A stretch of DNA of 32,000 nucleotides from Phycisphaera mikurensis NBRC 102666. Lineage in GTDB: Bacteria > Planctomycetota > Phycisphaerae > Phycisphaerales > Phycisphaeraceae. Position numbers and translations under genes: made by a program. Of this stretch, positions 26,101 to 32,000 are shown piece by piece. Position 1 is the stretch's first letter; every line of letters starts with the position of its first letter. The notes beneath the pieces are model-generated. The model searched no databases and was not told where the DNA came from. It saw nothing but the letters and a program-made list of their open reading frames with translations. The stretch lies in assembly GCF_000284115.1 (NCBI RefSeq), contig NC_017080.1:3030001-3062000 (forward strand), written 5' to 3'.

Positions 26101-26805
26101 CTCGGGCACCCGCGGGTGGATCCCGCCGCGCGACGCACGCAGCCGCGGCCCCAGCCGCTCTCGCACCGCCGCGTAGGCGTCTGCCGTGTAGACCAGGTCC
26201 ATCGCCTCCTGATGATCGAACGGCGACACCCAGAACGCTCCGCGGCCGGGCACCTGCGCCGGGTCCCGCAACGCCACGAACACCACGGCGTTCGCCTCGT
26301 CCACCTCCAGCACCTCACCCCGCCACCGCACCCAGTCCTCCGGCGGCGGATCCCGCATCAGCCGCTCCCGCACGCCGGCCAGCCCCTCCACCAGCCCGAA
26401 GGCGCTGGCTCCCTCCCAGGTCCAGTCGCAGGCGTCGGCTCCCTCGACCTTGATGGCCACGACCGCCGAGGCCGCGTCGCCCGGTCCCGCCTCCTCCGCC
26501 CGCGCCTCCACGTCGACCCGAACCGCGGACAGGCGGCGGGGCACCAGCCGCTCGGCGCTCTCCTCCCGGACCGCCCGGGCGGCCTCTGCGAGCTCCTCGA
26601 CGCCGGGCCCGGGCAGGCGCAGCGACACCGGAAACGAGGCGGGTTCGAAGTCCGCAGCGGTCCCGGTGCCGGGCTCGGCGGAAGCTTCAGCCACGCCGCG
26701 ACCCCGTGTCGTTGCTCCCACGGCAAGCCCGCGGCCGCACCGGAACCCGATGGTCTGTGGAGCCCGGGGCCGGACCCGGATCCGGAACGAGGGCCGGGTC
26801 CGCAA
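23131..26805 (-). CDS. Large (up to 1,224 aa) protein with two different SF1 helicase modules in tandem behind an unassigned ~250-aa N-terminal region
   Basis: The ORF is single and uninterrupted. Module 1 motifs are WGPPGTGKTHT, VVIDEAGLL, LVGDPRQLSPI, EQRRMHPEV, VHRQQGSQADVVVF and VNVALSRAREAVVV, a Upf1/DNA2-like pattern. Module 2 motifs are SAEQQRLV..VRGVAGSGKS, ALFIDEAQDM, TAQSFKGHEAEVVVILG and LYVAMTRARSVLMM, a UvrD-like pattern. The start is uncertain, either TTG 26805 (longest ORF) or in-frame GTG 26694. Confidence 0.85.
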   Translation of the reverse strand: MRTRPSFRIRVRPRAPQTIGFRCGRGLAVGATTRGRGVAEASAEPGTGTAADFEPASFPVSLRLPGPGVEELAEAARAVREESAERLVPRRLSAVRVDVEARAEEAGPGDAASAVVAIKVEGADACDWTWEGASAFGLVEGLAGVRERLMRDPPPEDWVRWRGEVLEVDEANAVVFVALRDPAQVPGRGAFWVSPFDHQEAMDLVYTADAYAAVRERLGPRLRASRGGIHPRVPEPEEAVRSGALSELSGWWGRGWSVLWGPPGTGKTHTTGLQVAAALRDPSERVLVLSTTNRATDEVALSIGGALIEEAVAARSGATEEIDLAGAVAGVCRPGRGARRTDFERAGLASMLRGADEATAAEIEALQEAIASEREAAERARSRLRISRLAARPGGGDVFLDPCVRAVVATSAAGSAQLKRERVREMIEDDDAPFTTVVIDEAGLLSRASVAALSLLAARRVVLVGDPRQLSPIATRARLLPTREQRWLRSSALSHLDDPADAPRGVHVLKEQRRMHPEVCRVVSGYRYGGFLETAPETAARASKLPSPLAEHGRVVWWVLDAEDVPLARMRAERGPGGRSWVRPVTMDLLGRLIDGCGLHDKHGLFVSPYRAQADAVSAWLRVRGSTSWSASTVHRQQGSQADVVVFDTVHAGSAGFPAEEWRRLVNVALSRAREAVVVLASRDEMAQPYLAALRQTLTASRLRPGDPPLWEAVEADRVSESRAAYAVDDAAHADTLGGQIARRRASSPVLSAEQQRLVDLPLDGKPRLVRGVAGSGKSLVLCHWLVKTVLRFGREGWPDAGSQVWAVFANRALEPMLRSGVEQAWFERARADGGLFGQEAFPWERTQLLHVRDVLRDLLPGGSGRLGKDDFEHDAAAEWLLARNGGVDGDAASGLPRCEALFIDEAQDMSPATLRLLLAMVRATDPEDAGRRAAHVFYDNAQNVYDRKPPVWSHLGLDVRGRSTVMTESFRGTRPVAELAINVRERLADAAGRTDLKEFVRRRLVVLEEREGERWIGVRFNDREGPPPRLRTLATRTLELAAVAKHLRWLLVDERVPAADVVLLYNGAAVSAEAEALLGPAMRAIGIELSRQTGRGFERRENTLLLTTAQSFKGHEAEVVVILGLDGFVARSRGPLADSLYVAMTRARSVLMMYGLEEATGAAGRVIDTVRACCEAMNQPRPSDGSRSRLRHAGGKSPRPTPAAGGDLDQGPNMSLAIRKSDR

Positions 26806-27018
26806 CGGAGATGCGCAAGCCCGATCGCTCCTTCGCGATGGGGCGTCGGGAGCGGAAGATCAAGACAATCTCCTTCAGAAACCGGCCCCCAAGCCAGGAG
26901 CCGGGCGAGCGACCGCACCCGATTCCGCGAACACCGTAGCCGGCATCGCGAGGCTCAACGAGCCGGCCGCCGCCGGGCCGCGACCCGGGCCGCCTCGCTG
27001 CCGCCCCTCCGGCCCCGG

Positions 27019-27040
27019 GCGGACCGCGGGCGGACCGCGG
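27019..27040. repeat. Two tandem GCGGACCGCGG units, with a complementary CCCGGTCCGCGGGGG at 27133-27147
   Basis: This is the same 11-mer found in the stem-loops at 3096, 8691 and 15230 and at 21780-21790. It lies in the 468-bp divergent intergenic region upstream of the helicase gene. Confidence 0.6.
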
Positions 27041-27273
27041 GCGGCTCGGCACCCACGCCGCGGAGGATTCTGTCCTGAGAAGATTACCGGAGGGATCGCA
27101 CGAACGCCGGGTGGCGCTCCGCAGCGGGCGTGCCCGGTCCGCGGGGGTTGGCATGGCGTGTGGCCCGCGCCACCCGCGTGTCGAAGGTCCTGCTTCGGGT
27201 GCTCGGGACGCATCTCCCGCTGTCCTTCCGTGCGCGGCCGCCGCCCGCCTCGCCCGGTAGCGTCCCGCCGCCC

Positions 27274-28119
27274 ATGCTTCCTCCCAGCGAGTCCGCCGAC
27301 GACGCCGACCCGCCGCGGCCGCTGCGGGCGGGCGCGGTCTTCGAGCGCCTGTGGCTGCGGCGGGCGGACGGGCGGCTGACGCTGTCGAGCCGCGGGCCGG
27401 TGGCGCGGTGGCTGCTGCCGGCGATCAACACGCTGCCGGCGCTGTGCCTGCTGCCCGCGGCGGCGGCGTGGGCCCTCATCGGCTGGGGGTTGATGAACCC
27501 GACCCCCGCGGCGCCGCCGCCGGCCGCGGGGGTCGCGGTCGTGATGGTGGCGATGGTGCTGGCTGGCGGCCTGCTCCCCCTGCTGCTCATCCTGAGCCTG
27601 CTGGCGTGGTGCGGCGTCGGTCGCGGCGTGGCGATCGAGCTCGACGCCGATCGGCAACGCTGCCGGGTGCGGCGCTCGCGCCTCGGCCTGCCCGCGGCCA
27701 TCATCGCGTGCGAGCTGGCAGACGCGAGCATCACGCTCCGGCGGCGCACCGCGGTGGGGGGCGGGCCGGAGGGGCGGAGGGGAGCGCCGGGCCGCGCCCG
27801 CTCCATCGGAAGCGGCTTGCTGATCGTCCTGGCCCTGATCAACCCGCTGTTCCTCATCCTCTCGCTGGCGATGGGGCGGCGGCGGTCCGCGGTGGACCCC
27901 GCGAACCCGCGGCCGACCTTCGCGCTGGACGTGACCGCGGACGGACACCAGCCCTTCGGCAGGCGGCTCGTCTGCGCCGGACAGGCGGCCTCCGCCGCCG
28001 AGGCCTTCGTCGCCGCCTGGGAACGAGCCCGCCGCGAGCGGTTCCGCTCCGGTTTCGAGCCCGCAGCCGGGGCACGCGCCGGGCTCCACGAGGCCCCAGC
28101 CCCTTCCCGAGCCCGATGA
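27274..28119 (+). CDS. Hypothetical integral membrane protein (about 3 TM segments), no recognisable domain
   Basis: ATG was verified at 27274. GC3 in this frame is nearly 100%. Hydrophobic segments are LLPAINTLPALCLLPAAAAWALIGWGL, GVAVVMVAMVLAGGLLPLLLILSLLAW and GLLIVLALINPLFLILSLA. Confidence 0.65.
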   Translation: MLPPSESADDADPPRPLRAGAVFERLWLRRADGRLTLSSRGPVARWLLPAINTLPALCLLPAAAAWALIGWGLMNPTPAAPPPAAGVAVVMVAMVLAGGLLPLLLILSLLAWCGVGRGVAIELDADRQRCRVRRSRLGLPAAIIACELADASITLRRRTAVGGGPEGRRGAPGRARSIGSGLLIVLALINPLFLILSLAMGRRRSAVDPANPRPTFALDVTADGHQPFGRRLVCAGQAASAAEAFVAAWERARRERFRSGFEPAAGARAGLHEAPAPSRAR

Positions 28120-28226
28120 TCCGCCTCCGAGGAGAAGCCCCGGCCGTGCGGGATGGAGCGCGAACGCCGGGCAGACCGGCCTCGGAGCGACGGCGTCCGC
28201 CGCGGATCGCGACCAAGAAGAACGGC

Positions 28227-28829
28227 CTACCCCGTCGGCGCTGTCCAAGGCACGTCCGCCACGCCGGCGGCGTGGTTCGCGTAGCGGGCCATCGCGAAGA
28301 GCAGATCCGACAGGCGGTTCAGGTAGACGCCGGTCGGCGGCTCGTCGCCCTGGTGGTCCTCGTCCACGTCGTCCTGCTCCTCCACGCGGCCGAGGCTGAC
28401 GCAGCAACGCTCCGCGCGCCGGCAGATCGTGCGGGCCAGGTGCAGCCGGGCCGAGAGCTCGGTGCCGCCGGGGAGGATGAAGCTGGTCATCGCGGGCACG
28501 GCCGCGTCGACGGTGTCGATCCAGCCCTCGATCTCGGCGATGTGCTCGGGCCCGATCCGGGGCACCATCCGGCCGCCCTTCCCGTCGCGCTTGGGCGTGG
28601 CGAGGTCGGCGCCGATCTCGAAGAGGCGGCGCTGGATCGATCCCAGCGGGCCGGCGATGAGCGAGAGGCCTTCTCCCGCCGCTTCGAGCCGCACGGCGGC
28701 GAGACCCACGGCGGCGTTGAGCTCGTCGACGGTGCCGTAAGCCTCCACCCGCAGGTGGTCCTTGGGGACGCGTCCGCCGCCGAACAGGTCCGTGAGGCCG
28801 CGGTCGCCCCGCTTGGTGTAGAGCTTCAA
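28227..28829 (-). CDS. PduO-type ATP:cob(I)alamin adenosyltransferase
   Basis: (M)KLYTKRGDRGLTDLFGG...RVPKDHLRVEAYGTVDELNA...RTICRRAER...YLNRLSDLLFAMAR matches the MMAB/PduO N-terminal domain pattern. The TTG start at 28829 overlaps the upstream stop (TTGA). Confidence 0.88.
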   Translation of the reverse strand: MKLYTKRGDRGLTDLFGGGRVPKDHLRVEAYGTVDELNAAVGLAAVRLEAAGEGLSLIAGPLGSIQRRLFEIGADLATPKRDGKGGRMVPRIGPEHIAEIEGWIDTVDAAVPAMTSFILPGGTELSARLHLARTICRRAERCCVSLGRVEEQDDVDEDHQGDEPPTGVYLNRLSDLLFAMARYANHAAGVADVPWTAPTG

Positions 28830-29224
28830 GGCATGCCTTCCATCTCGGAACCCAGAGCGACGATCGTGCCATCGCCGTCCCGAACGTACGCAACGGTCTG
28901 CCCCCAGGGGTGCTCGACGGGCGCGGCAAAGGCTTCGGCGCCGGAAGCGACCGCCCGCTCGTACGCGGCCTGCACGTCGTCGACCACGAAGCTGACCTCG
29001 AAGCCGATCGGACGGCGGGCGGCGTCGGTTTCGCGGTAGCTGCCGTCGAAGAGGGTCGCGGCGAGCCGATGGCTGGCGAAAGCCAGCTTCGTGGTGCCGG
29101 TGTCCAGCTCCCCGTAGTCGCCGCTCTCGTGCACGAAACCGGGCCGGACCCCGAAGGCCCGCTGCCAGAACGCGAGCGAGTCCTGCACCCGCTCCACGTA
29201 GACGATGGTGTGGGAGAAGCGCAT
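28826..29224 (-). CDS. VOC-family protein (glyoxalase/bleomycin-resistance/dioxygenase fold)
   Basis: ATG was verified at 29224. MRFSHTIVYVERVQDSLAFWQRAFG...FEVSFVVDDVQAAYERAV...PWGQTVAYVRDGDGTIVAL shows the paired beta-alpha-beta-beta-beta module pattern. Confidence 0.85.
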   Translation of the reverse strand: MRFSHTIVYVERVQDSLAFWQRAFGVRPGFVHESGDYGELDTGTTKLAFASHRLAATLFDGSYRETDAARRPIGFEVSFVVDDVQAAYERAVASGAEAFAAPVEHPWGQTVAYVRDGDGTIVALGSEMEGMP

Positions 29225-29307
29225 GCCGGCGACCGTACCCCAAGCGCCGCGGCCGGAGGCCGGTTCGGCGGCCCGCTACCCTCGCCGCCCGCCGCCGGGC
29301 CGCCGCC

Positions 29308-30210
29308 ATGACCGAATCCACCCCCGGGCGGTCCGCCGCCGAACCCGCCTCCCCCGTGCTCAGCTCGCCGCTCGTCGACGTCCAGGGCAAGTCCGATGGG
29401 CGGCGCGTGCCGATCGACCGGGTCGGCGTGAAGAACGTCCGCTACCCCATCTCGCTGGCGACGCCCGCCGGGGGGGCGCACGCCGGCCCGCGCCAGCACA
29501 CCATCGCCCGGATCGACATGTACGTCTCGCTGCCCCACCACCAGAAGGGCACGCACATGAGCCGCTTCCTGGAGGTGCTCAACGAGCACCACGACGGGCT
29601 GCCCAGCCACGACGTGATGAACCTGTGCCGCGCCATCCGCGAGCGCCTCGAGGCCGAGGACGCGCACCTGCGGTTGGAGTTCCCGTACTTCATCGACAAG
29701 CGAGCCCCGGTGACCGGGCAGCCCGGCAAGCTGGACATCGAGGTCGTGCTTGAGGCCCACGCGAGCGGGAGCGAGCCGGGGCCCGACGCGCCGATCGGCC
29801 CGGCGAGCCCCGGCTTCACGATGACGGTGCGCGTCCCCGCCACCTCGCTGTGCCCGTGCAGCAAAGAGATCTCCGCCTACGGCGCCCACAACCAGCGTTG
29901 CGAGATGGAGGCAAGCGTCCGCTTCTTTCCCGGCAAGCGGATGTGGATCGAGGACCTCTTCGCGATCGTCGAGGGCTGCGCGAGCACCCAGGTGTTCTCG
30001 ACGCTCAAGCGGCCCGATGAGAAGTTCGTGACCGAGGCCGCTTACGACAACCCCAAGTTCGTGGAGGACATCGTGCGCGACCTCGCGATGGCGATGGAAG
30101 CCGACGACCGCGTGTCTTGGTACCGGGTGGGCAGCGAAAACTTCGAGTCCATCCACTCGCACAACGCGTACGCGCAGCTGGAGCACGCGAAGAGCGCGGA
30201 GCCGCAATGA
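29308..30210 (+). CDS. folE2: GTP cyclohydrolase FolE2 (type IB)
   Basis: ATG was verified at 29308. Motifs are DRVGVKNVRYPI, HQKGTHMSRF, VPATSLCPCSKEIS..GAHNQR and FVEDIVRD...NFESIHSHNAYA. Confidence 0.92.
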   Translation: MTESTPGRSAAEPASPVLSSPLVDVQGKSDGRRVPIDRVGVKNVRYPISLATPAGGAHAGPRQHTIARIDMYVSLPHHQKGTHMSRFLEVLNEHHDGLPSHDVMNLCRAIRERLEAEDAHLRLEFPYFIDKRAPVTGQPGKLDIEVVLEAHASGSEPGPDAPIGPASPGFTMTVRVPATSLCPCSKEISAYGAHNQRCEMEASVRFFPGKRMWIEDLFAIVEGCASTQVFSTLKRPDEKFVTEAAYDNPKFVEDIVRDLAMAMEADDRVSWYRVGSENFESIHSHNAYAQLEHAKSAEPQ

Positions 30211-30224
30211 AGGCCGCAGGAGCG

Positions 30225-30342
30225 AGCGAAGAAGCGGGGAAGCGGAGAAGCGAAGGCGTCGGCAGGCGCCGGCCGATGCGACACCGTGCTTCGATTCTCT
30301 GTGCCTGACCTCTTCGCTTCCCCTCCTCTTCGCTTCTTCGCT
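30225..30342. repeat. Long imperfect inverted repeat built from GAAGCG-type purine-rich units, directly after the folE2 stop
   Basis: AGCGAAGAAGCG (30225-30236) pairs with CGCTTCTTCGCT (30331-30342). GGGGAAGCG (30236-30244) pairs with CGCTTCCCC (30315-30323). A further AGCGGC-GCA-GCCGCT hairpin follows. There is no U-tract. Confidence 0.55.
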
Positions 30343-30389
30343 TGAGCGGCGCAGCCGCTGCCCGCCCCCCCGCCGAGCCCGACCAAGCG

Positions 30390-32000
30390 ATGTTCACCAA
30401 GCCCCTCACCCCGCTCTGGCGCAACCTCAGCTTCACGCTGATGTGGACCTCCACCGCCGCCAGCGGGTTCGGTGACCGCATGATGATGGTCGCGGCGCTC
30501 GCGCTGCTCGGGGCGCTCGGTGCGGCGTCGGAGTCGACGGCGCTCAACGCGGGCACGCAGTTCTGGTTCTTCCTGCCGTACCTGTTCTTCTCGCTGCCGG
30601 CGGGCTGGTTGAGCGACCACCTGCCCCGCAAGTGGGTGATGTTCTTCTGCGACGAGAGCCGCGCAGCCATCCTGTTCCTGGGCTTCTGGCTCATCCCACC
30701 CGATCTCACCACCGGCGGGATCCCGCTGGAGGATCACTGGAAGGTGATGGGCGTCCTATTTCTGGTCGGAACGGCGGCAAGCTTCTTCAACCCGGCACGC
30801 AGCTCGATCGTCCCGCAGGTGGTCGCTCCCAAGCAGCTGCAGGCCGGCAACGCGATCCTGCTGTCGATCAGCGTGATCGCCTCGATGATCGGCCTGGTGG
30901 TCGGCGGCTACCTGATCGATCCCGACGAGGGCTCGACGGTGAAGAACGGGCTCTGGCTCGCTTTCCTTCTGTACGCGGTCAGCGGGACCTTCTTCACCTT
31001 CATGCGGGTGAAGGACCCCGTGGTCGAGGATCCCGACGAACCACGTGAGAAGCGGACGCTGATGCAGGCCGCTCGGTACATCCGCTCGCACCCGAAGCTG
31101 ATCCGGCTGATGGGGCTGCACGCGATCGTGTGGGCGGGAGCGATGATCGTGTACTCGGCCGTCCTCGCGGTCGGCAAGATCAACTTCGAGCTTTCGGGCA
31201 ACGACCTCCTGGAGCACTTCGCCTGGATGGGCCCGGTGCTCGGCTTCGGGATGCTGGTGGGGGCGATCCTCGTCGGGCTGATCCGGACGCGGCGCGAGGT
31301 GGTGCTGCCGATGATGCTCAGCCTGCTGCTCGCGGGGCTGTGCGTCACCGTGGTCGCGTTCGTGAAGGTCTACTGGCTCGCGCTGCTGTGCTCGTTCTTG
31401 CTGGGTCTCTTCGGGAACATCACGATCATCAGCGCCCTGACGCTGCTGCAGAGCATCACGCCCAACTACATCCGCGGCCGGGTCATGGGCCTGGACTCGA
31501 TGAGCTCGACGGCGATGTCGGTGATCGTCTCGGCGATCGTCTACCAGATGCCCGACGCCGACCGGAACATCCTCACCGTGATGTACTTCGTGGGGCCGGT
31601 GATGTTCCTCATCGGGCTGGTGCAGCTGGTGCGGCACATGAAGTCGGGCCGGATGGACTCGGCGGCCGCGAACGTGTTCCGCCGCATCGAGCGGTGGTTC
31701 TGCCTGGTCTGGCACCGCCTGGAGTGGACCGACCTGCACCGCGTGCCCCGCACCGGCGGCGTCATCCTCGCGAGCAACCACACGACGGCGCTGGACCCCT
31801 TCCTGCTGCAAGCCGCCGTGCCCCGGCCGATCCGGTGGCTGATGCTCACGAGCTACCGCTTCAGAGCCTTCGAGCCGCTCTGGAGGACGATCGACCCGGT
31901 CTTCCTCGAAGTGGATCCGGCCTCCGACGAGGTCGCTCCGGGGCCGGCGCAGGTGCGGGACCTCGCGAAGCGGCTCCGGGGCGGCGACCTCGTCGGCGTC
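30390..32000 (+). CDS. MFS transporter fused to a PlsC-type acyltransferase (LplT/Aas-like lysophospholipid transporter-acyltransferase fusion); runs off the window end
   Basis: I translated this manually from ATG 30390 and found no stop through 32000. It is absent from the ORF track, probably because it has no stop in the window. The sequence reads MFTKPLTPLWRNLSFTLMWTSTAASGFGDRMMMVA, then about 12 TM segments, then VILASNHTTALDP, which is the NHxxxxD acyltransferase motif. Confidence 0.85.
   Translation, partial: MFTKPLTPLWRNLSFTLMWTSTAASGFGDRMMMVAALALLGALGAASESTALNAGTQFWFFLPYLFFSLPAGWLSDHLPRKWVMFFCDESRAAILFLGFWLIPPDLTTGGIPLEDHWKVMGVLFLVGTAASFFNPARSSIVPQVVAPKQLQAGNAILLSISVIASMIGLVVGGYLIDPDEGSTVKNGLWLAFLLYAVSGTFFTFMRVKDPVVEDPDEPREKRTLMQAARYIRSHPKLIRLMGLHAIVWAGAMIVYSAVLAVGKINFELSGNDLLEHFAWMGPVLGFGMLVGAILVGLIRTRREVVLPMMLSLLLAGLCVTVVAFVKVYWLALLCSFLLGLFGNITIISALTLLQSITPNYIRGRVMGLDSMSSTAMSVIVSAIVYQMPDADRNILTVMYFVGPVMFLIGLVQLVRHMKSGRMDSAAANVFRRIERWFCLVWHRLEWTDLHRVPRTGGVILASNHTTALDPFLLQAAVPRPIRWLMLTSYRFRAFEPLWRTIDPVFLEVDPASDEVAPGPAQVRDLAKRLRGGDLVGV

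Noticed and set aside
26569-26663. A tRNA-like T-arm (GCGGG-TTCGAAG-TCCGC) is followed by a 7-nt segment that can pair 6/7 with GACCGCC about 90 nt upstream.
   Set aside because: The candidate would be about 94 nt and would need a variable region of about 25 nt. It has G.U instead of the conserved G53-C61 pair and no convincing D or anticodon arms. It also lies inside, and antisense to, the helicase coding region. It is most likely chance.
29225-29307. Possible riboswitch (cobalamin, THF or preQ1) in the VOC / folE2 divergent spacer or upstream of the PduO operon.
   Set aside because: The spacer is only 83 nt, is GC-monotonous, and shows no recognisable conserved riboswitch core sequences or multi-stem architecture.

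Overview
This is a very GC-rich bacterial chromosomal window. By eye it is roughly 70% GC, and third codon positions are almost all G/C, so every region carries long spurious shadow ORFs on other frames. The DUF1559/H-X9-DG pseudopilin and overall gene content suggest a PVC-group organism (Planctomycetota, Phycisphaerae-like); this is inference only. I call 26 protein genes and no rRNA, tRNA or CRISPR.

Layout:
- 1-15.2 kb: a carbohydrate-utilisation locus. It holds an ABC permease tail, a GntR/FadR regulator, a pseudopilin plus a small membrane protein, a secreted clan GH-A glycoside hydrolase, a GPH symporter and an FG-GAP/ASPIC protein. It also holds an enolase-superfamily enzyme, an aldehyde dehydrogenase, a KduD-like SDR, a Zn-ADH and a cytoplasmic GH117/GH43-like hydrolase. 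Together these look like an agar/porphyran to 3,6-anhydro-L-galactose catabolic pathway.
- 15.3-21.7 kb: housekeeping genes (pyk, a lipoprotein, trmB, an HTH plus B12-binding-like regulator, thrS).
- 22.1-26.8 kb: the most unusual part. A 1,224-aa protein made of two different SF1 helicase modules in tandem is followed after an 11-nt gap by a RayT/IS200-like HUH-Y1 nuclease. Unusually long intergenic regions flank the pair.
- 27.2-32 kb: a membrane protein, PduO-type adenosyltransferase, a VOC protein, folE2 and an MFS-acyltransferase fusion.

Non-coding signals:
- An AT-rich 12-bp quasi-palindrome (RTTGTTGACAMT) occurs six times, only in the four promoter regions of the sugar locus.
- A family of CCGCGGACCG/CGGTCCGCGG stem-loops sits after gene ends.
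- A 103-bp tandem repeat carries long hairpins.
- A promoter plus strong intrinsic terminator pair defines a roughly 75-nt candidate sRNA or leader upstream of trmB.
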